From IMG/VR virus record IMGVR_UViG_3300045988_118152, positions 1 to 40,906 of that record: a stretch of 40,906 nucleotides of DNA. One strand, written 5' to 3'. Below are positions 15,042 to 25,100 of this stretch, piece after piece (position 1 is the stretch's first letter; each line of letters opens with the position of its first letter). Origin of the DNA: a virus. A program made the translations under genes and the position numbers. The notes under the pieces were generated by a model that saw nothing but the letters and a program-made list of their open reading frames with translations, made no database searches and had not been told where the DNA came from.

Positions 15042-16522
15042 TGGACCTGATGGCCTACTACTCCCCGGTCCCGACCGACGTCCGCGGGCTCGCCGAGGAT
15101 GACGCCGCCCTCATGGTGCGGCTCATCAAGCAGTGGCAGGCCAAGCGCTCACGGAATGCGCTGCGCCGCCAGTACCGGGACATGCAGGTGAACGTGGCGT
15201 TCCTGGGCGCCTCGGTGCCCCCCTACATGCGGGACCAGTTGGATATCGTCTGTGGCTGGCCTGACAAGGCCGTCACCTCCCTGGCGTCCCGCTGCATGTG
15301 GGATGGGGTCACGTCGCCGTCGGGCGAGGAGGACCCCCTGGGGGCCATGTCGCTGCTGCACGCGAACCGCTTCGACCTGCTCGTGCCCGAGCTTGTGGAC
15401 GCGACCCTGACCTACTGCTGCTCGTTCGTCGTCGCCTTGCCGGGTGATCCGGTTGCGGGTGACCCGGACGTGGTTGTGACGGGTGCTGACGCCTTGTGGG
15501 CGACGGGCCTGTGGGACGTGCGCCGTAGGGGCCTGGAGGCTGGCCTGCTGGTTGACTCCGCTGACGACAACGGCAAGCCGACCGCCGTGCTGCTGCTGAC
15601 GGCCGAGCATGTGACTCGCCTGGCCCTAGGTGACCGGGGTTGGGTCGCTGTCGCCCGCATGGATCACTCCCTGGGGCGTGTACCGATGGAGCCGCTGCCG
15701 TACCGGCCGGCCCTGGGTCGCCCGTTTGGGCGGTCGCGTATCAGCCGCGAGGTCATGTCCATCACGGACCGCGTCGTCCGTGCCGGCTTCCGCACGGAGG
15801 TCTCATCGGACCTGTACGCGGCCCCTGCGCTGCTGCTGCTGGGCGCTGACGAGACCATGTTCCAGAACGCCCAGGGCGACAAGGTTCCGCTCTGGTCCTG
15901 GTACATGGGGCGCCTCAAGTCACTGCCGAAGGACGAGGACGGGGACAAGCCCGACCTGCAGGTGATCCCGCAGCAGTCGATGGAGCCGTTCCTGGCGATG
16001 AAGCGCGCGTTGGCGGCGGAGTTCGCTTCGGCGACGTCGCTGCCGATCTCCGCCCTGGGGATCGTCCAGGACAACCCTTCCTCGGCTGAGGCGATCTACG
16101 CCGCTAAGGAGGACCTGGTCATCGAGGCGCAGAACACTACCCGGTCGATCGGCTACGGCCTGAACAGGATCGTCCAGGATGCGATCTGCCTCCGCGACGG
16201 CATCCCGGTGACGGAGATGGACGACGAGGTGCGCAACCTCGCCACCCGCTGGCGTAACCCGGCCATGCCGAGTGTCGTCAGCCAGAGCGACGCGGTGGTC
16301 AAGCAGATCAGCGCGATCCCGGAGCTCGCTCAGACTGACGTGGCCCTGGAGGAACTGGGCTACTCGGCTGAGCAGATCGTCAGGATTCGGTCGCAGATCA
16401 AGCGGGCGCAGGCTGGTGGGGTGCTGGATCGTCTGCTGGCGTCCACGCCCACCCCGGCCGCACCCGCGCCGCAGGAGCCCGCTGAGCCTACTGGGGTGAC
16501 CACTGGTGGCGACGCGGGCTGA
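15041..16522 (+). CDS. Portal protein (SPP1 gp6-like), 493 aa
   Basis: ATG overlaps the TerL TGA. Size and position fit, and the sequence resembles portals of actinophages. Confidence 0.8.
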   Translation: MDLMAYYSPVPTDVRGLAEDDAALMVRLIKQWQAKRSRNALRRQYRDMQVNVAFLGASVPPYMRDQLDIVCGWPDKAVTSLASRCMWDGVTSPSGEEDPLGAMSLLHANRFDLLVPELVDATLTYCCSFVVALPGDPVAGDPDVVVTGADALWATGLWDVRRRGLEAGLLVDSADDNGKPTAVLLLTAEHVTRLALGDRGWVAVARMDHSLGRVPMEPLPYRPALGRPFGRSRISREVMSITDRVVRAGFRTEVSSDLYAAPALLLLGADETMFQNAQGDKVPLWSWYMGRLKSLPKDEDGDKPDLQVIPQQSMEPFLAMKRALAAEFASATSLPISALGIVQDNPSSAEAIYAAKEDLVIEAQNTTRSIGYGLNRIVQDAICLRDGIPVTEMDDEVRNLATRWRNPAMPSVVSQSDAVVKQISAIPELAQTDVALEELGYSAEQIVRIRSQIKRAQAGGVLDRLLASTPTPAAPAPQEPAEPTGVTTGGDAG

Positions 16523-17255
16523 CCTGGAGCGTCTGTCCCGTGGCCTGGATGAGGCTACCCGGATGGCGCTGGCGGCCCTGTCGTCGGCGTTCGCCCGCCT
16601 GGACCTGTCGTCTCCTGAGGCTGCGCGTGACGCTCTCCTGGCGGTGATGCCGGCCATCGCCGCCCAGTATGGGGACCTGGCCGCGTCCAGTGCTGCGGAG
16701 TGGTATGAGCGGCTGCGTGCTGACGCCGTCGGCGGCCCCTACTCAGCCATCCTGGCTGACGGTCCGTCGGATGAGCAGGTGGCGCAGGCGACCCGGTGGG
16801 CTGTCGGCGGCCTGTGGGGCACGGACCCGGCCGGGGCGCAGACCACCCTGGGGAACGTGCTGGCCCGCTTCGTCGGGCAGCAGGGGAAAGACACGGTGCA
16901 CCGCAACGTCGCCATGGACCCGGCCAAGCCGAGGTGGGCGCGCGTGCCCGGCCCTGGCGGCTGCTGCGCCTGGTGCAGCATGCTCGCCAGCCGGGGGTTC
17001 GTCTACGCCAGTGCTGCGACGGCCGGCAAGGGGCACGCCTACCACGATCACTGCTCGTGCGTCCCGACGCCGCTGTGGAAGGGCCAGGTGCCCCGCATCG
17101 ACGGCTATGACCCGAAGGGCCTGCGCGCCGCCTACGACAAGGCCAGGACGGCCGTGAAGGCGTCCGGTGCCACCGTCGACGACAAGGCGATCGCTGCCGA
17201 GATGCGCCGCATCGCCCCTGAGTCTTTCACTGACGGGATCAAGCCCGCCGAGTGA
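16506..17255 (+). CDS. MuF-like minor capsid / head morphogenesis protein, 249 aa
   Basis: GTG start overlapping the portal end. Position is immediately after the portal. Contains the motif ...CCAWCSMLASRGFVY...HDHCSCVP. Confidence 0.55.
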   Translation: MATRADLERLSRGLDEATRMALAALSSAFARLDLSSPEAARDALLAVMPAIAAQYGDLAASSAAEWYERLRADAVGGPYSAILADGPSDEQVAQATRWAVGGLWGTDPAGAQTTLGNVLARFVGQQGKDTVHRNVAMDPAKPRWARVPGPGGCCAWCSMLASRGFVYASAATAGKGHAYHDHCSCVPTPLWKGQVPRIDGYDPKGLRAAYDKARTAVKASGATVDDKAIAAEMRRIAPESFTDGIKPAE

Positions 17256-17336
17256 CCCACCATACCTATGAGCCCCTGCCGCGATGGTGGGGGCTTTGTC
17301 GTGCCGCGATGGCACCTATCACCGAGGGAGAACCCA

Positions 17337-17891
17337 ATGGACAAGACCGCCAAGGCCGCTGAGGCCACGGAGCCGACCGAGCCCGCCGAGACCACGGGGG
17401 AGGCGCCCGCGACGGGCGACGCCGCCGACGCGCTCGGAGACGCCGGCAAGAAGGCCCTGGCCGCCGAGCGTGCCGCACGCCGAGAGGCCGAGAAGCGCGC
17501 CGCTGACCTCGCAGCCCAGATCAAGGCCGCTGAGGACGCAGGCAAGACCGAGGCCCAGAAGCAGGCCGACACGCTCGCCGCTCTCCAGGCCGACCTGGCC
17601 GCGATGAGGGCCGAGAAGGAGCGCGCCGAGGTCGCCGCCAAGACCGGCGTCCCCGTCGACATCCTCGCAGGCCCCGGCGACGACCCCGCCGCATGGGCCG
17701 AGCAGGTCAAGGCATGGGCCACCGAGCAGGCCAAGCCCGCCGAGGCCCCCACCCAGCCGGTCGTCCGCCACCACGGTAACCCGCCCGGAGCGGGGGCCGC
17801 ATCCCTCGATGAGCAGATCGCCGCAGCCGAAGCGGCCGGGGACCGGACACTCACGGCCTCCCTGAAGGCCCTGAAGCTCGGCTCCCGATAA
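17337..17891 (+). CDS. Scaffolding protein, 184 aa
   Basis: GAGGGAGAA RBS. Ala/Glu/Lys-rich helical protein immediately upstream of the major capsid gene. Confidence 0.65.
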   Translation: MDKTAKAAEATEPTEPAETTGEAPATGDAADALGDAGKKALAAERAARREAEKRAADLAAQIKAAEDAGKTEAQKQADTLAALQADLAAMRAEKERAEVAAKTGVPVDILAGPGDDPAAWAEQVKAWATEQAKPAEAPTQPVVRHHGNPPGAGAASLDEQIAAAEAAGDRTLTASLKALKLGSR

Positions 17892-17918
17892 GAGCCATCA
17901 CGAACGAAAGGAATGACC

Positions 17919-18890
17919 ATGGCCGGCATCACTGGCATGGCAACCACCTACAACTGCCCGAACTACACGGGCGAACTCTTCGCCGCCAGCCCTGAGGACA
18001 CGCCGCTGCTGTCCTCGATCGGTGGCCTGACCGGCGGCGTCTCCGCTGGCAGCACCATCTTCTCCTGGTCCGGCTACGACCTGCGGGACGCAGACGACGG
18101 CCGCCAGCGCACTGAGGGCGCTACCGCCCCTGCCGCCGAGGGCCGCCAGCGCTTCGCCGACTACAACGTCGTCGAGATTCACCAGGAGAAGGTCAGCGTC
18201 TCCTACACCAAGCAGGGCGCAACCAAGCAGGTCACCCCGGCGACTGGTGCGAAGACCGTCACCATCGGTGACACTGTCCTGCCCGCCGACGAACTGGCCT
18301 GGCAGATCGACACCGCCATGAAGCAGATCGCCCGCGATGTCGAGAAGGGCTTCATCACTGGGACGTTCGCCAACCCGACGGACAACCAGACCGCCCGCAA
18401 GACCAAGGGCCTGATCGAGGCAATCAAGACCAACGTCGCTACCACCACCCACAAGGCTGGTGAACTCACTGAGGCTGACGTCCTCGACCTCATCGAGAAG
18501 GTGTGGGCGAACGGGGGTCTCCAGGAGGGTGAGACGCGGACGATCATCGTCAACTCGAAGATCAAGCGCGCCCTCACTCGCGTCTTCATCAAGGATGCGA
18601 AGTACCAGGAGGGCACCCGCAACGTCGGTGGCGTCAACCTGAAGACCCTGGAGACCGACTTCGGGACGATGAACATCATGCTCAGCCGCTACGTGCCGGC
18701 TACGAAGCTGATTGTGGCTTCTCTGGAGCAGTTGGCTCCGGTGTTCCTGGAGGTGCCCGGCAAGGGGCATTTCTTCGCGGAGCCGCTGGCGAAGACCGGC
18801 GCGTCAGATGACGTGCAGATCTACGGGGAGATCGGCCTGCGCTTCGGCAACGAGAAGGCTCACGGCGTCCTGACGGTGGCTGCTGGCTGA
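17919..18890 (+). CDS. Major capsid protein (HK97 fold expected)
   Basis: GAAAGGA RBS 6 nt upstream; ATG 17913 is an alternative. About 323 aa, positioned after the scaffold and followed by a strong hairpin. Confidence 0.8.
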   Translation: MAGITGMATTYNCPNYTGELFAASPEDTPLLSSIGGLTGGVSAGSTIFSWSGYDLRDADDGRQRTEGATAPAAEGRQRFADYNVVEIHQEKVSVSYTKQGATKQVTPATGAKTVTIGDTVLPADELAWQIDTAMKQIARDVEKGFITGTFANPTDNQTARKTKGLIEAIKTNVATTTHKAGELTEADVLDLIEKVWANGGLQEGETRTIIVNSKIKRALTRVFIKDAKYQEGTRNVGGVNLKTLETDFGTMNIMLSRYVPATKLIVASLEQLAPVFLEVPGKGHFFAEPLAKTGASDDVQIYGEIGLRFGNEKAHGVLTVAAG

Positions 18891-18899
18891 CGCGGCATG

Positions 18900-18928
18900 G
18901 GGGCACCCCGCGCACTGCGGGGTGCCCC
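18900..18928 (+). terminator. Hairpin after the major capsid gene
   Basis: GGGGCACCCCGC (18900-18911), loop GCACT, GCGGGGTGCCCC (18917-18928): 12-bp perfect stem. Confidence 0.55.
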
Positions 18929-18953
18929 TGCTGGCCCTGAGAGAGAGGGAATC

Positions 18954-19217
18954 ATGAGGATCACTTGCCATAAGCACCCGAGCCTGTTGGTGACTACCCC
19001 GCACGTCGAGTTCGTGGATGGGGTGGCCGACGTCGACGAGGAGACGCTCACCGCTCTGACGCCGCTCCTGGAGGAGTGGGGGATTGACGCCGCCGATATT
19101 GGTGGCGAGCATGCCGAGACCAGCCCTGAGGCCCCCGAGGATGCCACGGAGCCTGAGGCCCCCGAGGACGCCACCCCGCCTGAGGAGGAGTCCCCGAAGC
19201 GGGGCAAGAATGGCTGA
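18954..19217 (+). CDS. Hypothetical acidic protein, 87 aa, with a PEAPEDAT tandem repeat
   Basis: GAGAGGGAA RBS. In frame with track ORF 18897..19217. Confidence 0.5.
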   Translation: MRITCHKHPSLLVTTPHVEFVDGVADVDEETLTALTPLLEEWGIDAADIGGEHAETSPEAPEDATEPEAPEDATPPEEESPKRGKNG

Positions 19218-19611
19218 CACCTTCGCCACCGTCGAGGACCTGGAGGCGCGTTGGCGTGGCCTGTCCGAGCAGGAGCATAGGCGGGCTGCGGTGCTGCTGG
19301 AGGATGCGACGGACCTCATCAAGTCGTCCGCCCCGAGGTGGCAGCACGCTTCCCTGGGGACGCTGAAGCGCATCGCCTGCGCGGTCGTGAAGCGTGCACT
19401 CCAGGCCGAGCAGGGGGCTGCTGATGGGCTCCCCGAGCCCAGGGGCCTCCTGGCCAGTGAGATGCACACGACGGGGCCTTTCACCGACCAGTACGCCTAC
19501 AGCAACCCGGAGGGCGACCTGTTCCTCAGGGCGGCTGAACTGAAGCAGCTGGGCGGCCGCAGGTCGGCCGCGTTCGAGGTGGACCTGCTGGCTCCGGCGG
19601 TGGCCCCGTGA
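19210..19611 (+). CDS. Head-to-tail adaptor (gp6-like connector), 133 aa
   Basis: N-terminus ATVEDLEARWRGLSEQEHRRAAVLLEDATDLI is typical of head-tail connector proteins. Position after the capsid gene. Confidence 0.65.
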   Translation: MADTFATVEDLEARWRGLSEQEHRRAAVLLEDATDLIKSSAPRWQHASLGTLKRIACAVVKRALQAEQGAADGLPEPRGLLASEMHTTGPFTDQYAYSNPEGDLFLRAAELKQLGGRRSAAFEVDLLAPAVAP

Positions 19612-19949
19612 TCGCCGCCGGGCTGGTCGCCGTGACGAGACTCAGGGCGGGTGACGGTGGGCGCGACCAGTACGGTGAGGCTGTCCCCGGGCCGGTCGTG
19701 GAGACGTCCCTGCCACCCGCCCTGTTCAACCCTGGCGGCACGAGCGAGCCGGTCTCAGCGGGCTCTCTGCCGGTCGTCAGCCAGCCCACCCTGTACTGGC
19801 GCGGCAAGCACCCGGACATCAGGTCCTCGGACCTCCTGCGCGTCGCTGGCATCACGTACCGCGTCGAGGGCGCCCCGGCTCGCTGGCCCAAAGGATCCGT
19901 GGTCACGCTCCACGCCGCCACCGACCCAAGACAGACGGGGGGTGCCTGA
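19608..19949 (+). CDS. Head closure / head-tail joining protein, 113 aa
   Basis: GTGA overlap with the upstream gene. Call based on position and size. Confidence 0.45.
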   Translation: MIAAGLVAVTRLRAGDGGRDQYGEAVPGPVVETSLPPALFNPGGTSEPVSAGSLPVVSQPTLYWRGKHPDIRSSDLLRVAGITYRVEGAPARWPKGSVVTLHAATDPRQTGGA

Positions 19950-20200
19950 TGGGCGTCGTGAGATTCAAGCTCGACCGCAAGGGCATCCAGGCTCTCGTGT
20001 CCTCAGATGAGGCCCAGGGCGTCGTCACCGAGGCCGCCGAGGAACTGCGTGCCCGCGCGGGGGACGGCTTCAAGGTGCACTCCTCCAACAAGGGGAAGCG
20101 CGCTAGGGCCTACGTCCACGCCGGAACGAGGGAGGCGGGCATGGAGCAGATCAAGCACCACACCCTGGAGAGGGTGCTGGGCAGCATCGGGGGCGGCTGA
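19949..20200 (+). CDS. Neck/tail-completion protein (HK97 gp10-like), 83 aa
   Basis: ATGA-type overlap with the upstream gene. Call based on position. Confidence 0.4.
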   Translation: MGVVRFKLDRKGIQALVSSDEAQGVVTEAAEELRARAGDGFKVHSSNKGKRARAYVHAGTREAGMEQIKHHTLERVLGSIGGG

Positions 20201-20586
20201 TGGTTGGCACGTCTCGGGACACGAAGGCCCTGGTGATGGCTGCCCTGAAGGCGGCCCTGACCGATGTGCAGGTCGTGTCCACCGTCCCCTACGCGAACGG
20301 TGACCCGCCGGGGCCTCTGGTCCTGGTGATCGCCACGGGCGGTCAGGGCCAGCACCAGCGGGTGCTCTCCACGGGGCAGGTCACCATCGACAGTTTCGCT
20401 CCCACTACGGGCCAGGCAATGAGCCTGGCCCTTCGTGTTGATGCAGCGATCAACGCCCTCGTAGCCGGTCACGACTGGCCGGTCACGAAGGTCACGGGGA
20501 ACGCCCCAGCAGAGTCGCCCGACCCGACTATCACGGCCGCCCGCGCGACGGCCACCTACCAGATCACCACACGGAACCAACCGTAA
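20200..20586 (+). CDS. Tail terminator protein (putative), 128 aa
   Basis: Position immediately upstream of the major tail protein gene. Confidence 0.4.
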   Translation: MVGTSRDTKALVMAALKAALTDVQVVSTVPYANGDPPGPLVLVIATGGQGQHQRVLSTGQVTIDSFAPTTGQAMSLALRVDAAINALVAGHDWPVTKVTGNAPAESPDPTITAARATATYQITTRNQP

Positions 20587-20597
20587 GGAGAACACCA

Positions 20598-21200
20598 ATG
20601 GCAGTGAATGCCGACAACGTCTTGGGCTTTGGGTCGGACGACGACAGTCTCTACCTCGGCCCCTATGACGCCGCCCTCGCCACCAAGATCCAGGGCCTCA
20701 CCACCGCCGTCCCCACCGCACTGAAGGACTGCGGGTGGATCTCGGACGACGGTATCAAGCTCACGATGGACGACTCTGTCACCAAGATCAAAGGCCACCA
20801 AGGCCATGGCGTGGTTCGCACGTTCATGGACTCTTCGGAGACTGGCCTGGAGGCTGCCCTCCTGGAGTCGCAGTTGGATATCGTGACCCGCTTCCTGAAC
20901 GCTAAGGCGGAGAAGATTCAGGAGCAGATCGGTGCCGGCCCCGCGAAGACAGATGTCGCGAAACTGACGGCGAAGGCCCAGCGCACTGTCACCATCCTGT
21001 CTGGCGTGCTCGATGTCTTCGACACCGCCTCCACCGGCGACGACCGCACCCGGATGAGGATTGTCTTCCCCCGCCTCGAACTTGGTGAGCGCGGCGAGGT
21101 CGCTTTCAAGGTGGGCGAACTGACGGCTTGGTCCTACAAGCTCTCGGTCCTGGGCGACTACGTGATCTACAGCAACGCGAAGTCGCTGATCCCGGCCTGA
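20598..21200 (+). CDS. Major tail protein, 200 aa
   Basis: AAGGAGAA RBS. Positioned before the chaperone pair and tape measure, and followed by a hairpin. Confidence 0.65.
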   Translation: MAVNADNVLGFGSDDDSLYLGPYDAALATKIQGLTTAVPTALKDCGWISDDGIKLTMDDSVTKIKGHQGHGVVRTFMDSSETGLEAALLESQLDIVTRFLNAKAEKIQEQIGAGPAKTDVAKLTAKAQRTVTILSGVLDVFDTASTGDDRTRMRIVFPRLELGERGEVAFKVGELTAWSYKLSVLGDYVIYSNAKSLIPA

Positions 21201-21221
21201 TAGGGCCGCTCTAGCCCCCTG

Positions 21222-21254
21222 CCCCGGCGCGGATGGTCGGTCCCTGCGCCGGGG
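21222..21254 (+). terminator. Hairpin after the major tail gene
   Basis: CCCCGGCGC (21222-21230) pairs with GCGCCGGGG (21246-21254). Confidence 0.4.
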
Positions 21255-21300
21255 TGGGGTCACCACTATCTGGGACCGCCAACCACCGAAAGGGACCGAC

Positions 21301-21660
21301 ATGACTAGCAAGAAGACGAGCAAGACGGCCGAGCACGCCCGCGAGATCGGGGCTGCGACGCCGAAGGACTTCCAGGAGGCTGAGGCCAAGGGTGGCGGCA
21401 TCGTGGAGGTGACCGTCGACGGCCTGACCGTCGCCGTTGACCCGACGGCCTTCCAGTCCGACTGGGAGGTGATCGAGGCGCTGGCCGCCATGGAGGACGG
21501 TAGTGCCTCCCCGGCCGCGATGATGCGCGTGACTCGCGCTGTCCTGGGTGACGCCTACGATGAGGTGAAGGCCCACGTCCGCAAGGACGGGAAGGTCAGC
21601 GCCGACGCCATGGGTGCCTTCCTCCAGAAGGTGTTCGAGGTCCTGAACGCGGGAAACTGA
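21301..21660 (+). CDS. Tail assembly chaperone (gpG-like), 119 aa
   Basis: Position upstream of the tape measure. Ends at the slippery site. Confidence 0.65.
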   Translation: MTSKKTSKTAEHAREIGAATPKDFQEAEAKGGGIVEVTVDGLTVAVDPTAFQSDWEVIEALAAMEDGSASPAAMMRVTRAVLGDAYDEVKAHVRKDGKVSADAMGAFLQKVFEVLNAGN

Positions 21661-22061
21661 TGGCCCTCCCCGCGCTCCTGCGGGAGCATGGGGAGGAGAT
21701 CGAAGCCGACCTGCTGCGGGTCTATGGGGTGGACCTGCTGGACCTCTACCGTGGCCGGCTGACGCCTAGGCGGCTGCTGGTCCTCATCCGTGGCCTCCCG
21801 CCCGGCTCAGCCCTGGGCCGGGCTATGGGTGGGGACGTCGCCCTCTCCGATGAGGTAACCGCTGTCAGGATGGCTGCCTGGCAGATCTGCTGCTACATCG
21901 CCTCCGCCGTCGGAGCCAAGCAGAGTGACCTGCCGAAGCCGCCGCAGCCGCCCGAACCGGGCTGGCAGGCGAAGGCCAGGGAGGCTCAGGAGAGGCAGGA
22001 CGCCAAGGCGCGCCGCTGGCTCGCCAGGCACCCAGAACTGGCCGCCCAGGCCAGCACATAA
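21301..22061 (+). CDS. Tail assembly chaperone G-T fusion, made by -1 frameshift at 21651-21657
   Basis: In the 0 frame the heptamer reads G_GGA_AAC, immediately before TGA. The -1 frame continues CTG ATG GCC..., in frame with track ORF 21660..22061. Confidence 0.6.
21651..21697 (+). promoter_or_regulatory. Programmed -1 ribosomal frameshift signal
   Basis: GGGAAAC heptamer, 7-nt spacer, then a GC-rich stem (CCTCCCC 21665-21671 pairing with GGGGAGG 21690-21696). Confidence 0.6.
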
Positions 22062-22126
22062 CCACACGAGGGGAGGCCCTGCAGCACGCCGCTGTGGGGC
22101 CTCCCAGCATATAGAGGAGGGCCTGA

Positions 22127-25100
22127 ATGGCTGGCAGCAAGCCCACGGGACACACCATCGGCACAGCCTGGATCCAGGTGGCCCTCTCCACCAAGGCGAT
22201 CTCCCAGCAGCTCAAGGAGGCCCTGGGGGACGTTGACACTCGGCCGGCTGAGCGCAGCATCGTCTCCGGTCTGGGCGGGGCGTTCCGTAAGGTCGGGAAG
22301 ATCGCCGCCGGGGCGCTCGCCGTCGCCGGCACTGTTGGCCTCGCTGCGGGCTTCTCGGACATCGCGAAGCAAGCCATCGACGCCAGTGACGCGACCAACA
22401 AATTCAAGAACACCCTCGGGTTCGCGGGCAAGTCCGCGGCCGACGTCGACCGGCTCACCAAGTCCACGAAGGAATACGCGGACAAGACCGTCTACGGCCT
22501 GAGCGATATTCAGTCGATCACCGCCCAACTCGCGTCCAACAACGTCCAGGGCTACGACAAACTCGCCGAGGCTGCCGGCAACCTGAACGCCGTCGCCGGC
22601 GGAAACGCCGAAACATTCAAGAGCGTCGGCATGGTGCTCACCCAGACCGCCGGTCAGGGAAAACTCACCACCGAGAACTGGAACCAGCTCGCCGACGCCA
22701 TCCCCGGCGCGTCCGGGAAACTCCAGCAGGCCCTCCTTGAGGCCGGAGCCTACACGGGGAATTTCCGTGAGGCGATGGAGAAGGGCGAGATCACCGCCGA
22801 GGAATTCAATGCCGCGGTGATGGACCTGGGAATGACGGACGTCGCCAAGGAAGCGGCGACGTCAACCCAGACGATTGAGGGCGCCTGGGGCAACCTAGAG
22901 GCCGCCCTCGTGTCTGGGGCGATGGGTATCGTCGACCAGATCAAGCCCGCACTGACCGACTTCATGGGGAATGTCGCCACCGGAGCAGAAGCGGCTTTCG
23001 GATGGATCAACAACAACCTCATTCCCGGCCTTAAAGGCGTCTGGGACATTCTCTCCAAGGGCCAGTTCGACGGCTCCTCCAAGGTCTTCGGACTCGAAGA
23101 GGACTCCGGGATCGTTGACTTCCTCTTCAAGATCGGGGAGTCCGCACGGGCCGCCGGGGCCTGGATTACTGGTACCCTCGCGCCGGCCATTCAGAGTATC
23201 GGGACCCTCCTGTTCACGGGGAAATATGATGGCAATCTCTTTGGCCTCTCCGCGGACAGCGGCCTGGTTGCCTTCCTCTTCAGTGTCCGTGATGCTGCTA
23301 TCGACGCGGGCACGTGGATCAATGACACGCTGATCCCGTCGGTGCAGGGTCTCGCGGAGATCATCTTCACCGGGGAGACGGACAAGCCCTTGTTCGGGCT
23401 CGACCCGAATTCCCCGATCACTGGCTTCCTTGAGGGCCTGCGCGCCGCCGTCGTCAAGGTCGGTGAGGCGCTGCTCAGCGTGACGGCCTGGGGTGTCGAG
23501 CACAAGGGGATGCTCTCTACCCTGGCCGTCACGGTTGGGACCGTCGTTGTTGCGTTCACGGCGCTAAACGCCGTCACGAAGACAATGGCGGCAATCCAGG
23601 CCGCTGGGAGCATCGTAGCGTGGGTGACTGGCCTCCAGTCCATGAAGGTTGCAGTGGATGCCGCGAAGGCTGCGCAGGCGGCTTTCAACGTGGTCATGAA
23701 TGCGAACCCGATCTTCCTGATCGTGACCGCTATTGCTGCCCTCGTAGCGGGCCTGGTGTGGTTCTTCACCCAGACGGAGATGGGTAAGCAGGCGTGGGCG
23801 AGTATCACGGCCGCATTCCAGTCGTTCCTCGACTGGATTGCCCCCTACTGGAATGCGACCCTGAGTGCGCTCAGTACCGCCTGGAATGCGGTGTGGAGCG
23901 CCGTCAGTGGGTTCTTCACCTCCTATGTTGTCCCGGCTATCACGGCCTCTGTGGGCGTTCTGGGGAGCATCTGGAGTGGCCTCGTATGGATTGTGTCCGG
24001 CGTCTGGTACGGAATTCAGGCGGCGGTCCAGGCGGTCGTGGGCTGGTTCACCGGCTTTGTCGTCCCGGTACTCGAGGCCGTATGGACAGCGATCAAGGTC
24101 GGGGTCTGGCTCATGTCGATCCCATTCGTCGTCGTCTGGACGCTGATCCAGGTCGCGGTCCAGGCGGTCGTGGACTGGTTCATGGCCTACGTCGCCCCGA
24201 CACTGTCCACTGTCTGGTCGTGGGTCATGGCCGGGGCACAGTACCTTTGGATCGGTATTCAGGCCGTGTGGGCCGGTATTCAGGCCGCTGTCCTTGTGGT
24301 GGTGGACTGGTTCAACGCCTACGTGGCCCCAGTGATTTCCGCTGTCTGGTCTGCTATTCAGGCTGGGGCGCAGTATCTCTGGGCTGGTATCGTCATTGTC
24401 TGGAATGGGATCAAGGCGGCCGTCCAGCTTGTCGCGGATTTCTTCACCGCCTATGTGCTGCCGGTCATTTCCGCAGTGTGGACCGGGATCCAGGTCGGTG
24501 CCCAGTATCTCTGGACCGGGATCACGGCGATCTGGAACGGCATCAAGTCGTCGGTCCTCACGGTCGTCTCGTGGTTCCAGACCTACGTGCAGCCCGTCAT
24601 TTCCGCGGTATGGAATGGCATCAAGGCTGGCGCTGACCTCCTATGGAATGGCCTGAGCGCCGTATGGAACGGGATCAAGTCGACGATCAACACGGTCGTG
24701 TCTTGGTTCCAGGGTACGGTGAAGCCGATCTTCGACACGGTCACCACGAATATCAAGCGGGCTTTCGAGAACATGAAGTCCGGTATTCAGACCGTGTGGG
24801 ACGGCGTCAAGTCGGTCGCCGCCAAGCCGATCAATTTTGTGATCAACACCGTCTACATGAACGGTATCAAGAAGACCGCTGACGCTATTGCGGAGAAACT
24901 GGGGCTGTCGCTGAGGCTCCCGTCGGTCTCCGGGATCCCCGGGTACGCCTCCGGTGGTGTCCTGCCAGGCTACAGCCCAGGGAAGGACATCTACCACTTC
25001 TACAGCCCCGACGGTGGTGGGGCGCTGGCTCTGTCCGGCGGTGAGGCGATCATGCGGCCGGAGTGGGTGAAGGCGGTCGGCGGCCCCGCCGCGGTGCACC

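Noticed and set aside
22071-22105. Hairpin GGGAGGCCC/GGGCCTCCC between the chaperone and tape measure genes as a terminator
   Set aside because: A terminator here would uncouple the tape measure from its operon. It is more likely an mRNA-stability or incidental GC-rich structure. No U-tract follows it.
23906-24829. Diversity-generating retroelement (template/variable repeat pair) or retron
   Set aside because: No reverse-transcriptase-like ORF exists anywhere in the genome. The repeats are in-frame protein repeats of the tape measure, not an adenine-specific TR/VR pair.
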